A stretch of 64,000 nucleotides of DNA from assembly GCA_013239625.1 (NCBI GenBank), contig MU054338.1:1862001-1926000 (forward strand), written 5' to 3'. The notes under the pieces were generated by a model. It did not search any database. It worked only from the letters and a program-made list of their open reading frames with translations, and was not told where the DNA came from. Source of the stretch: Lama guanicoe. Lineage: Eukaryota. How positions within the stretch are numbered: the first letter of the stretch is position 1; every line of letters begins with the position of its first letter. Below, piece by piece: positions 21,831 through 34,302 of the stretch. The position numbers and the translations under genes are program-made.

Positions 21831-22665
21831 ACCGTGCTGGCTTCCCCCCTTTACTGCCTGGCTTCCTCCCGTGCACCTGGATCTGGCCACCGAGGTGGGC
21901 TGTGAGCAGAATCTGCCCCTGGCCAGACAGACACCTTCCCCTGTATAGAAAAGTCCTCACTCAGTTCCCCCCACTCGGAGCCTCCTGTCCATGGCTGCCC
22001 CCGCTGCACACTGCAGAGCCCTGACGAGGGGAGAGGTGTGAAAGGAGAATCAGAACGTAGTCGATATTGCTAGCGGAGCTCTAAAATGCAGCCGGGGGCC
22101 ACTGGGTGGGGCTTACACAGGTCTCTGCCCAGATGGACTCTGAACCTTGACCACTCACTGTCCTAATGCAGGCATCCAGAACATCTGCCCAGTGGCCCAG
22201 AAAGCCAAGATACTTAGCAGACCCTTATCCTAAATAGCTCCTGACAGCCTGTCCCTTAATGACAAATATTTCCTTCCCTGTGTCAGACTGGACCACAGTT
22301 CTTGCCAGATAACTTTAACAATCTTGTGGCTTTTCCTTATAAGCTACTGACTTTTTTCTCTTACCCAGAACATTCTTTTGATTTGTTTAATACAAATATG
22401 TCTCTCAAATTGCAATTCTTATGACTCCAAGCAAAGCCCTTTATTCTCTGCAGCCTCAATACTGATTATCATTCTACACGGGGCCTGGGGACCTCCTGAG
22501 TCAGGGTTCAGCCGTGGGCGGGGTCACTGTGGATCCGTGCCCTTGGTTTAAGCACGAAGACTCTGTGATGTCACTGCGTGCGAGGAAGGAGCGAGCCTGG
22601 GTTCGACCTTTCATATCCTCCCCTCACATCTGGCCTTGACCCGCTCTCTGCCCATTTCTTACCTC

Positions 22666-23839
22666 ACACCTTCAAGCTCCCTCCCCACATGCCCTAAACG
22701 TGGGGTCGTTTCCACCTCTGAGCAACACTGAGGTTCGGAACAAGCCCCTGGTCAGCTTCTCCAGAGAACAGGCTGACCCAGGGGGTCCTGTCCGGTCCAG
22801 ACACGCTGGTCCTGCAGTCAGCGCACTGCCCGCACTCGCCCGGATTCTCTACTGCTCCCCCTCCTCACACAGAACAGAAAAGCCCTCTTCTGTGTGGTGG
22901 GAGACGCTGCGTATCTCTGAAAACCGAGCCTCGGCCCCATCGCAACATTATTCGCATCACAGGCTCCTTGACCAAGTCCGGACGTGACTGTCTGTCAGGT
23001 CCAGGGCGGGGCCCCCCTCCCCTGGGCCCCCTCCCCTCTCTCCAAGCCTGCCCGTCCGCGTCAGGGTGTCCTGTCCTCCCTCCGACCCCCCCGGGCCAAG
23101 GGCGCGATCTGGACGCCCCGCACGTCGCGCGGGGACGGGACAGGACGCCGGCACCCCACCCCGCGGCCGAGGGGGAGACTCGGGCCGGGACGCCTGGGTG
23201 GCTGGGGCGCGGGGAGACCCGGCCGGCCGCCGCTTTCCGCAGGTTCCGGCCGCTTCGAACAAGCCTTTCGCGTGCTCGGTCCCGGGCTAGGCACTCACCA
23301 TCTCCGCCTCCTTTCGGGCTCTCCGAGGCCTGCTCCCCGCGGCCCCGCGGCCCCGCGGCCCCGCGACCTGGGCAGGTGCGAGCCACGGGGTCCGGCACCT
23401 GAGGCCCAGGGGACAAGCTGGCACAAGCGCCGCGGGCGGCTCAGAGCCACCTCCTCGGGCTGGGAACGCGCCCGCCGCGCGCCCTCATTGGACGGCTCCC
23501 CGGGGCCCTGCGCCCCGATTGGCCGGCAGTCCTTGCCCGGCCCCGCCCTGATGGACAGCCCTCCCGGCCCCATCCTACCCTCACTGCTGCGTTGTCCGGA
23601 CCCCGCCCCGTCGCCGCTGATTGGACAGTTCAACCAGACCCCGTCCCTGCTCCTGAGTGACAGGCCGCGGGGACACAGGTGGCCGGTCCCCCTCCTGGGA
23701 CTTGCGCTGCACGCAGAACCCGCTCCCGCCCGGGGACCCTGTGGCATCTGCTCTGGGCTCCCCGGCGTCCTCCTCCTGCACCTGCAAGTCCAGGCTGTTT
23801 CCTCGGGGCTCGCGCCGTATACCAGTGGAGATGAGAAAA
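22666..23839 (-). repeat. Right arm of near-identical inverted repeat; promoter module A2 with ATG|gtgagt on minus (ATG 23301-23299)
   Basis: Reverse complement of 2302-3477 (1174 vs 1176 bp). Confidence 0.95.
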
Positions 23840-24690
23840 GACGGGACACGGGCCTTGGTGACCTCCGGAGTCAGGATATAGCCCAGCGCGAGGTCACCGT
23901 GGAAATGTGCCCTCTAAGAACAAAGACTGTCAGTGACTTGGCCACGTGCAAGGCCGGTCAGGCTGGGTTTTTACGTGTGGCCTTTGACACAGGAAAGCCC
24001 GGCTCCTCGTCCCGCCCCCACCTCTGGGGCTTGAGGCAGCAACCCAAGGCCCATGTTCGTTTGCCCGATGGGAAGTGGGACCCGAGACCTCAGCCTCCGT
24101 GCAGGACTGGTCTCAGCACAGCCATAGGTGTGAGATGCAACATTTCTCCGGTGTGCATTTTACACTGCAAGCAAATGTTTTTTAGATCCGTTTTTGAGTG
24201 TGTCACTAGAAAAATTTGAAATCTAAAAGGCTGTGAAATGCCAAAGCAATTGAACTCCTATTTTAACTGATTTAAGAAAAAGGCTAAATAAGTTTGGGTT
24301 GGACCTGAAAACTCAATATTCTGATTAAATTAGGCCAAAACACAGAGCATTTCCTATGACTGCTCATTTCAGAAAATACCCTCCAACTTGAGGTCTAGTA
24401 AAAAACTAAACTTCAATGTCCTTGACCATTTTACTTACATAATTATAAAAATTCATTCTTTGTGGTTTGCAAGAGATTTTTTCACGTTCACTAAAATTAT
24501 AGCTAAGAGAAACAAATTTTAGAATGCTTTCCTATGGTAGAAAAGTGACTTCCAATTACAAATAAATTGCTTTTGAGTTGTCTTTATTTAAAACACTATT
24601 TTTTTGTTGTTGTTTTTGTGAATTAATAATGAATGCTGTTTGGAAATACTTAGCCTGAGATTTAGAAATGTAAGAATTGTGGGCAAATAA

Positions 24691-25126
24691 TGTCGCCTGA
24701 CATATGAGTAAACAAGGAAGTCGCAGCCATTAAGCCAGGAGCCCCTGCTGCCGCCCCCAGCTGGGCACCCGGAAGGGATTCAGGATGGAGGAAAGGGGGA
24801 TACTGACCCTAGATAGTCGAGGTGCAGATCAAAGGAATAATTTCAGTGAGCCCAGACTCTCGCCATCTTCCCACACATAGAAAAGCACTAAATTCATTAC
24901 CTTGAAATGCCTGATTTTCTTTAAATTACAGTAATTTTTTGATGTCCCTCTCCCTGGTTTTTGTCGCAGAACTCCTATATATCCTGGCTCCTCCCTTACC
25001 TCATCAGAACAGCCCCTCAGAACTATCCGAGCAGCTGCATCCCAGGCTTGAGTACTCGGAATGCCTGTTGAATAACACGTAATTCTCAGCTTCCAGGTTG
25101 TGCTTTTTTTTTTTCTTCAGTTTACA
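24691..25126 (+). mobile_element. ERV1-type solo LTR
   Basis: TGT...ACA termini, TATA (cctatatat ~24974) and LTR-type 3' end (aattctcagcttccaggttgtgctttttt...cagtttaca). Confidence 0.65.
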
Positions 25127-25320
25127 AGAGTTGCCCATAGGACATCTGTCAGCACTGGTACCCATTTACCCGAGTCCCCTCGTTACCAATTTCACTCGTT
25201 TTTGTACTAGTCAACATTTACTTTATAAGCAGCCATTTCACCGCCATGTTTTGTCCTCTTCCCTTTGTTGTGAAAGAACGTGGTGTACACGCTGCAATAT
25301 AGTTTGCCTTTTGATTCAGT

Positions 25321-25450
25321 GAGGGTGTAGTCAGTGGCAGAGTGCATGCCTAGCATGCACAAGGTCCTGGGTTCAGTCCCTAGAGCCTCCATTAAAAAAA
25401 TAAATAAGCAAGCCTAATTACCTCCCCTGCAAAAAAATTAATAAAATAAA
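25321..25450 (+). mobile_element. Vic-1-type SINE
   Basis: tRNA A/B-box-like head (gagggtgtagtcagtggcagagtgcatgcctagcatgcacaaggtcctgggttcagtccc) and A-rich tail. Confidence 0.8.
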
Positions 25451-25926
25451 CCACCCACAACACATAGGTATTAAAAGTAATAATAAACCCAATATTTTAT
25501 AAATACAAATGTAACATAAACTTTAAAAATTGTGAATCACTATTTTGTACACCTGAAAATTCTGTAACACTGTGTATCAACTATACCGCAATTAAAAAAT
25601 TAAAATAAACTTTTTGAAGTTTTAAATGTTAAAGCCTTTCTAAAAAATGCTGTTGGCAACATGATGCCAAGAGACATACTCAACATAGGGCTCCCACAAA
25701 CCTTCAATTTGTTTAAAAAAAAAAAAAGCAGTATCTGCAAAGAGCAATGGAGCAAAGAGAAGTGTCAGCCAGTCCTCCTTCGGCTCCTCCATCTCAGCAG
25801 GTGGTCCCCTTAATCTTCATAAAGGGGTGTGAGACGTTGTAAGCTTGTGGCCCAGCTCTTTGCAGACACTGGGCTTTTCCCAGGGCTTTGCTGCTCAAAC
25901 GTTTCTCCAAGGGGAGGAAACGTAAT

Positions 25927-26403
25927 TGACAACGAAGCCTGCAGCCAACCCAGAAGGCTTCTCACAAAGGTACAAGAGTTCACTTTAATCTGGGGCCAAA
26001 GGAGGACTACAGCCCAGGAGACAGCACTTCAGACAGCTCTGAGAACTGCTCTGAAGACGAAGGGGACGTCAGCGCGTATGTGATTTTGGTGGAGGAGGGT
26101 CCATGCAGCCACACACACTCTTTCTGCAGAAGGTTGCTGCTCGTCACAAGGAGCAGATGGCTCCATTAATATTAGTGCTTTTCTAGGTGTGAGGAGATGC
26201 AAGAATTTGGGCTCATAAAATCTTCTCCTGAAAACATTGGGCTCTCTAAAGACCTATTCTGCCGGTTTTTCCCAAAGCACAGAGCGCTCATTCCTGAGCT
26301 CCACCCTGAACTCCTTCCTGGGCGTGCTGAAGGTCAGCAGCTTCGGTGGCTCGGGACTTAATCCTTGTAGAGGCAGAGGGCAAGTGCCAAATTTTAGTCG
26401 GCA
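25927..26403 (-). mobile_element. ERV1 3' LTR
   Basis: Minus-strand TG start preceded by a purine-rich tract (gagggagcca|tg); contiguous with the env remnant. Confidence 0.65.
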
Positions 26404-27870
26404 TGGCTCCCTCATGGCCGTAAGCACTGGGAGGAACTTCATGACCACTTCGTCCCACAGTGAAAGGGGTGCTCATCCCTGGGTCAGGCGAGGATTCCAC
26501 TGATAGGCCGCTCAGCGCGCTACTACAGGACTGGGCCTCATTAGCCCAGAGTCCTGGAACACATGACTCACTGGTCTGTCATGATCCAGGAAAAAAATTC
26601 TCTCCTGTTGCTTCTTCCCATATCTAGAGTTACACTGTAATGATCGTTGGTCTCATAAAAAGTATGTACCTGGTCACCTGCTTCAAGTCACCTCGTCATC
26701 ACTATTTTTACCGGAGGCTCAGTCACACATTTGGGAATAGAAGAAAGAATAATCTCGTAAAACAGGCAAAATACAAATAATACAGCTAATAGTATTAATA
26801 GAGTTATGATATTTAAGCCAAGAGCTTTCTACACCAAACCAGGTTGCGAAGAGGTCATCAGGGCTAGGGAGCGGTCACTCATGGCGGAAATCTGATTTTT
26901 CATATGGCTCATGAAACGTGCTATATTAGAGGATTCATCAGGGATGAAAACCCAGCATGTGGTTTGAATTACAGCACAGGCGCCTCCCTGAGGTGCTGGC
27001 AGGGCGCTAGGGGCCATGGAGCTTTGCAGCCGCGCTCTTCTCATCACAGAGACCTGAGAACTCAGCAGGCGAGTAGCCTGATCGCTATCATTGAAAGCCT
27101 ATTGAGAGAATTTTGTTAACGGTTCTATATGGCTGATTACATCCCCGGGTCCTGTTGAAGGTGCAAAAAATAGCTGCTAAATGGTCGTGCCAGCGGAATG
27201 CAGATCTCTTGACCCATCGGACTCATACTGGTGGTAAATTGGCTGAGGCCATCTCCAAATTGTTGCGTACATGACCTTGAGTCCAAGAGAACCCTAGGGT
27301 ACATCTTCCTATCCAGCCCAGTGAAAGCCAAGGCCATAATTTAGCACCACAGAACCACTGAGTTCCACGAGGTGCGACCCAGTGAATTCCTGGTCGCCTG
27401 ACCTAGTCTGTTCCATACCAATCACTGTCTCTAAGGGTAACGCTACGCAGGCATTGTCATCAGGTCCCCAGCCTTTCTCATGCTACTACGCTGATTATCC
27501 TTAGTATGATTTAAGTGTTTCCAGCTTAGAGGTGCCTTTAAACTTACATGACCACAGACTGGTGTTAACCACATAAATCCATATCTTAATTGTGGGAGGT
27601 ATCCTGCTAATGAACAGGAGGTTATAGGTTTTGACTGAGACTGAGCTCATTGTTCTGACTGAGCTCTGTGACCCTAAAGGAAAATTCCTATTTATGGCCA
27701 GCATCAGAGCAGGTGTTATTAACTGGCCAGGTGAGGGGGTCCCACCTAGTAATATCAACTGTAGCCTGAACAGGACTGAAATTTCTATCTTCTAAATTTC
27801 TTAAGAGCTATCCCATCAGCCTTGGAGAGGAGAAATCCACCAAGGTAACCCAGAAGTACTAGACACAGGT
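26404..27870 (-). pseudogene. Degenerate ERV1 (gamma-type) internal region with env TM remnant
   Basis: Minus-strand peptide MRRARLQSSMAPSALPAPQGGACAVIQTTCWVFIPDESSNI resembles the ISD/CX6CC region (LQNRMALDILTAAQGGTCA…CCVFIPD); upstream RWVKRS resembles the SU/TM cleavage site; stops and frameshifts present. Confidence 0.75.
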
Positions 27871-27959
27871 AATTGGCCACAAACCCAACAATTGGGTTGA
27901 TTGTTTTAATGTTTAATTTTTTTTGTGAACTCCAATTTATCCAATTTTATTTTATTCAT

Positions 27960-28042
27960 TTTTTGCTGGAGGTACTGGGAATTGAACCCAGGACCACATG
28001 CATGCTAAGCCTGTGCTCTGCAACTGAGCTATTACCCTCCCC
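27960..28042 (-). mobile_element. Vic-1-type SINE
   Basis: ggaggtactgggaattgaacccaggacc...ctgagctattaccctccc is the reverse complement of the SINE head. Confidence 0.8.
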
Positions 28043-28789
28043 ACCCAGATTGACATTTTTAGTATAGGATCTTGCCCATGATGGAAAAACACTGGATTTA
28101 CATGCAACGGTAGAAAACAAACTTACGGTTACCAAGGGGAAAGAGGAAGGAGGAATAAACTAGGAATTTGAGATTAACAACTACTATATATAAACTAGAT
28201 AAACAACATGGTACTACTGTATAGCACAGGAAACTATATTCGATATCCTGTAATAAACCATAATGGAAAAGAATATAAAAAAAGTATAATCTCAATCACT
28301 TTGCTATACACCAGAAACTAACACAATACTGTAAATCAACTATACTTCAATTAAAAAAATTTAAATACCACGTGTTAAGGGCACACATATTTCTTTTAAA
28401 AACCTACATATTCAGAGACTAGAAGGCTACATGTCAAACTAGAAATGGCTATAGAAATGGCTACCTCTGGGTGGGGAGAAGGGAAGAAATATCTGTACTG
28501 TTTTACAAGTATGTGCTGCAAATACAGCTAAATGTTAAAATTTGTATATTGCTTCTGTAATTTCTTTGAATTATTTCATTAAAATGCAAATACGGAAATG
28601 ATGTAAATGCCGCATTGAGATTAAGGAGTTAACTTGGATCTTGAAAATCCTTTCTCTCTGAAAACTCACCAATAATCGAATAATAACAGTATCATGGTAT
28701 CTAATGAATGTCCACTCACGTATTACTTACTCTAAACAGTTTTTTTCAATATCTGCACTATTAAGCATTGGGGTTAATTCTTAGCTGTC

Positions 28790-28955
28790 AGTGCTGCTCC
28801 ATGCAGTGCAGGGTGTTGAGAAGCATCCCAGGCCTCTGCCCGCTGGATGCCAGTAGCCCCACCCCCACTACCAGGTGTAACAAACAGAATGTCTCCAGAT
28901 ACTGCCAAGTGTCCCCTGGGGGTAAAATTGCCCCAGGGTTGAAAAATCACTGCTC
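28790..28955. mobile_element. MER20-like DNA transposon
   Basis: gcatcccaggcctctgcccgctggatgccagtagc...aaaattgccccagggttgaaaaatcactg; related copy at ~57110-57295. Confidence 0.65.
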
Positions 28956-29799
28956 TAGATCCTTCATTTGATCCAAAGTCCAAGGTTACAATTGCTGTCA
29001 TCCTCCTGCCTGCACTTCAGGGGTTTAAGACGTTAATATGAGGATAATGACACTAACAATAACCAACACCTTAGTCTCACTCATTACTTGCTAAATACAC
29101 GTACTTACCATGATGTACATTCCTTTTACAGATGTGGAAACTGAGGCTCTGAGAGGCTTAGCAACTTGCCTCTAAGAAAGCTGACTAAGGCTTGGGGCCA
29201 CGGTTGGAATCCGGGGCGGGGGCGGGGGGGGGGACGCCCAGCTGAGCTGAAAGTCTCAGTACACGCGATACGAGTCAGATTAATAAAAATCAACTAAGAA
29301 AGTAAGTACCTGCCCTGACACTCAGCGGGCCCGGAGGGCAGATGGAGCCAGCTGCAAAATTAACAGGAAACAATGCATCCTCCAAAAACACCCTGCAGCT
29401 GTAAAGTGTCAAGACAACCCCCTTTTGGGCTATTCCTGTCTACCTCGCTGCATGTCCATTAAAAGCACAGCTTCTTAGTGAAGCCCTATCAGCAAGAAGT
29501 CAACGTCCTTCTCCTGCCTGGAAAATCTGATTCTTTCGGACACTGAGGATCCATCTCCATTTTCAACCCAGGTGCAGAGCTCAGATAAGGAGTTTCCGGA
29601 CGCAACAATCCACAGGCATCTTATCTTTGTGGTTCCCAAGGAAACGGGACCTCGGTATGCGCAGCCGTCCAGACCCGACGCTGACCCCTTTGCACGTAGC
29701 TCAGCTTTGCTCTGAGCCAGTGGAAACCGGGCTGTATTTACATCTCACCTACACCGTCCCTTCCCTCAAATCCTAGAGTGGGTCCGGCGCAGGTCATAC

Positions 29800-30430
29800 G
29801 GTTTGGGGGGGTGTCAGAGAGTCCTGAGCCCCCAACCAAGACCCCACAGGTCCAGTCTCATTCCACCCGCCTCCACTGGACTGGACCCTGGAATGCGCCC
29901 TTTAAGTGACCCCGCCCCCCTGCCCTTTGAACTGTGCCCCGCCCTTTGACCCACTGCCAGCGCCTCCCGCCCCCAGCCCAGCCTCTGCAGCCAAACAGGT
30001 GCCGGGCCGGACCCCGCTGCCGTGAAGGCTGGAGCAACTGCCCTCAGGAGAAGCGGCCGGGCCCAGGAAGGCAACCGCGGTAGCCGCCGCCCGCTCCCCA
30101 ATCGCCGCTTTCGCTTCCGTCTCCGGGGCCGCTGGGAGCAGAAAAGTGGGCAGGCCTGGGGCTTGGGATTGGTGGAGTCTCACGGATGGGCGGGGCTAGC
30201 CGCATCCTCCAATTGGCGAGTAGAGAAACGCTATTTTTCGGACGCGATTGGGCCCAGTGCCCGGCCCCGCCCCTCTAGGTTTATCCTGAAGCCGGAATTG
30301 AGCTGTGGGCGTGGTTAGTATGGGATACACCCCACGTGGGCGTGGCTGGGCGGGAGAACGCCCGGGGTGAGGCTGGGGGCGTGGTCTCCTGTGCAATTCC
30401 TGAGCGCCCGCATTACTCTGAGAAACAGTG
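29800..30430. promoter_or_regulatory. CpG island with CCAAT, GC-box and E-box motifs; no gene assigned
   Basis: CpG-dense; ccccgcccc, ccaatcg, gattgg (x2), ccaattgg and cacgtg present. Confidence 0.6.
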
Positions 30431-31719
30431 GCCGCTCACATAAGCAATAAATGCTTATTTCTCCGAACACTTTCCTCATGCTAACACACCGGTATAAAAA
30501 GACATTCCCCTTATAGGAGTGTTTCTTCTTTGAAAGTCTCTTATTTCTTCCAGACATGAGGTCACATTTTATTCATTTCTCTGTATGTTGCCTTTCTAAT
30601 AAATACCTTGTGATTTTCTATCGTGGACACTGGATGGCGACCTAGTTCATGTTTTCTCTTGTGACTATTTTGGTTTTTGCATTGGGTATACCCAGGGAAA
30701 ATGTATATGGATTCCTCAAAAACAGAAAATGAAAGAAAGAAAAAGCTCATTAGCTATATTCCGGACTCTATTATCTGCACTGGGGAAGGCAATAATAAAC
30801 GAAAACAAAAATCCTTGCCCTCATCCTTCTTAGATTCCAGTGGAGGTGGACAAAAAATTTAACCATATTAATAAAAAGCAAATATAATAAAGACAATATA
30901 TTCCGATGTGGAAAGGGGAGTGACTTTGAGCACCTGTCCCATTGCTGTCCGCCCCAGGCCTTGCACAGCGGTTTGTCATCATACACACGGAAGCCTCTGT
31001 CCTTTCCTACTTTCCCCACGCCCCTCTTCTTTTGGGGACCCAACTCCTGCCCTTTCTCACTTCTCCGCTTCTAGTTCTGGGGGGTTGCCAGGGTGACTGA
31101 GGTGAGACTGGGGCAAGCCTGGGGACTCTGTGGGCAGCTCTTGGTTGTGAGCTGTCACCTCAGGCACTTGGAGAAGCCCGGGTGTGCCGTGTATCGTGAG
31201 CCTAAATTAACAGGCTCAATTTAGGGAGAATCGAAAATTCTTTAAGATCTTCCTTTTAAGGGCATGTCTGTCTGTTCAGAAACGATCACGTCATCATAAT
31301 ACAGTGCACACAAATCAGTTCAGAGTGAGTCATAAACCCAAATGTAATAGCTAAGACTCTAAGCATCTAGAAGAAACACAGGGGAAAGTCTTTGTGACGT
31401 TGGGTTAGGCAAGGATTTAGCAAAGAAACAAAATGTGGCAATACACACAAAGAAGAGATCGAGTCATTCATTAAAATTTTAAATAGTCGCTCTTTGAAAA
31501 CCACTGTGGAGATAACAAGCAGGCAAGCCGCAACAGGGAGAAAATATTTGTGAACACACACCAACAAAGTGATTGCATTCAGAATATACAAAGAATGCTT
31601 TCAACGGAGAAAAATCGTGACAAGAGGGCCTCCTTTCACTGCAAAACCTCCTAGTTCGCTGTTTGGAAATAGCCACTGAAGTATCTTAGGCTCAAGGGGG
31701 TGTTTCTGAACCAAACTCA

Positions 31720-32350
31720 GTCCCTCTCACGTGCTCACAGGAAAGCCAATCTGCTGCCCCCAGGTTCTGGTGGAGGAAAGTACGGCGTTTACTGCAGGCA
31801 CCAAGCAAGGTGTTCAAGTAGCTTGCTTAAAAGATCCAAATTCCCTGGTGGGCTTCAGGGACCGCTTGTTAAAGACAGGATGGAGGAGGAGGGTGGGGGG
31901 GCGTGATCAGCTCGTGGACGTCCTTCTGATTGGTTGGTGGTGAGGTCATCGGGAGTCAACATCACCGATCTGGAATCAACGTGTCTGGGGTCCGCGTGCT
32001 TGTGCTCGGCATGCAGTTAACCTCTTCCACCTGGTGGGCGGTTCAGTCTCGGCAAAACGGCTCAAAGGACAAGGCCAGCATCTACAGCCCTTGGGGAGGA
32101 GCTGAGTTTGGCTGTGTTTAATGGCTACACTTTTATTATTTTGGCCTCCTTGACTGTTTTCCTTTCTTTTGGCATTTTCTCACTTCTATGATTAAATTCG
32201 GTCTTTGGAACTCGAGGAAGCCTCGGAGACTAAAGTGTTTTTTTGTTGTTGTTGTTGTTATTTTGTTTTGTAACAGATGAGAGGCAGGTGGAAGTCAGGC
32301 GTGGGGGTCTGTTTGGGAAAGCCCCATAGGGTCCTGCTCGGTCCCAGAGT
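31720..32350 (-). mobile_element. ERV1-type LTR
   Basis: gtgatcagctcgtggacgtccttctgattggttggtggtgaggt...gccccatagggtcctgctcggt resembles Laurasiatherian ERV1 LTRs. Confidence 0.6.
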
Positions 32351-32532
32351 TAAAGGGGGAAATATGCATAATTTATATATACATATTATATATACATCCT
32401 GAGAAAATGATAAAGCAAAAGGGACAAGATATTAACATTGGGAAAACTGGGTGAAGGGTGTAGTCAGGAGTTCCTGGTACTGCTCTTGCAACTTTTCTGT
32501 AAGCTTGTAATTGTATCAACAAAGAAAGTCAA

Positions 32533-32680
32533 GGGAGGAGGGTAGAGCTCAGTTGTACAGCATGTGCTTAGCATGCACCGGGTCCTGGGTTCAATACCCA
32601 GTACCTCCATTAAAAATAAATAAGTAGGTAACTTAATAACCCCCCCAAAAAAGGTAAATTAAAAAATAAATTATTTTTTA
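32533..32680 (+). mobile_element. Vic-1-type SINE
   Basis: gggaggagggtagagctcagttgtacagcatgtgcttagcatgcaccgggtcctgggttcaatacccagtacctcc plus A-rich tail. Confidence 0.85.
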
Positions 32681-33799
32681 AAATTTACCGTTGAAAGATG
32701 AGATTTACATACCCAAATTGTTCTAGAGGGAAACATTTTCCTTTAAAAAAGTACAATGACCAGCCCATCTGGGTTTCAGCCCTGCAGACTCTGCCAGGCA
32801 ACTGGGATGGTGAGTCGTGCTAATCGAGTGTCATCTTTTAAACGGAAATTTTAACTAATTTACTGTAAATAAAATTAGGCATCCATTTCCTCAGTCTCAG
32901 TAGCCATGTTTCAATAGCTGCTCGGACAGCAGAGCTCAAAGGAGAGCAGGATCTGAAGCCACGGTAACAGAGATGTCCATCACCGACCTAACTCAGCTTA
33001 TGATTAAGAACGGAAGGGGTCGTGGAGACAGGCATTAGTTGGATGGAGTGAAACCCTCGTCATCTTGTCCACCCCTGCAAATCCATGGAGACCACTGGTT
33101 GTCAAACCGGAATGGCCAGACCGGCTGCAGCAGCGCCCCCTGCCCCCAGCTGGCTAGAAATGCAAATTCACAGCCCCACCCCTGACTTCTCCACCAGAAA
33201 CTCCCAGGCTGGAGCCCGGGCACCTGCGTTTTAACAACTGCCCCTCCCCCCAAGTGATTCTGATGCACGCACAATTTTAAAAATCACTGACTTAAAGATA
33301 TGATAGTAAATACCCTAAGAAAAAGAGGACTAACAAACAGCAGACACCAGGGGACCCCCCCCAAGACCCAGCCGGTGATGGTCATTTGTTGAGTAGTGTT
33401 GATTTACAATATTTATGTTAGTTTCAGGTGTACAACATTGTGATTTTTTACAGATTGAACTTCATTAAAAGTTATTACAAAATAATGGATTTATTTTATG
33501 TTAAAAACAATGTCAGTGTACTTTTTTGATGGAACATTTTTTTTAAGTATCCATAGACACTAGATAATAGAAAAGTGGATAAACAAACTGAAGGGCCATG
33601 ATCCCCACCTGGCACAGCGACCCAGGCCCTGTGACTCTGTGATTCTGGCGTTCTGAAATCAGTTCTGGAGCTTGGCAACCCAGAGGCCAATGAAGGCAAG
33701 CTGACATCCAGCCACCAGAAGACCCCTTCTTAGAAGGAAGAAGTTCCTGCCACCATGAATCCCCTAATTTAAAAGTTTTCCCACTAGGAGGATGTGGAG

Positions 33800-34302
33800 G
33801 ACTGGATGAAGAAGTTGTGGTATATTTATACAATGGAATACTATTCAGCCATAAAAAAGAATAAACTAATTCCATTTGCAGCAACATGGATGATCTGGAG
33901 ATCATCGTTCTAAGTTAAGTAAATCAGAAACAGAAAGAAAAATACCATATGATATCACTCATATGTGGAATCTAAAAAAAGAAAAGACACTAATGAACTT
34001 ATCTACAAAACAGAAACAGACTCGCAGACATAGTAAACAATCTTATGCTTACTGGGGGGAAGGGGGGTGGGGAGGAATAAATTTGGGAGTCCCAGATTTG
34101 CAAATATTAACTACCATATATATAGATAAAAAACAAATTTCTTCTGTATAGTACAGGGAACTATATTCAATATCTTATAAGAACTAATGAACATGAAAAA
34201 GAATATATGTATGTGTATGCATGACTGGGACATTATGCTGTACACTGGAAATTCACACATTGTAACTGACACATTATAACTGACTATCCTTCAATTAAAA
34301 AA
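33800..34302 (+). mobile_element. 5'-truncated L1 with A-tail and ~29-bp target-site duplication
   Basis: L1 3' UTR flanked by aaaagttttcccact(a/g)ggaggatgtggag at 33771-33799 and 34303-34331. Confidence 0.85.

Noticed and set aside
22984..24219. 411-aa ORF, and its mirror 2252..3175 (307 aa)
   Set aside because: Pro/Arg/Gly-rich, stop-poor reading of a GC-rich CpG island with no domain; the N-termini differ between arms because of the 2-bp indel.
32533..32610. tRNA-like sequences
   Set aside because: Heads of tRNA-derived SINEs with A-rich tails; not tRNA genes.
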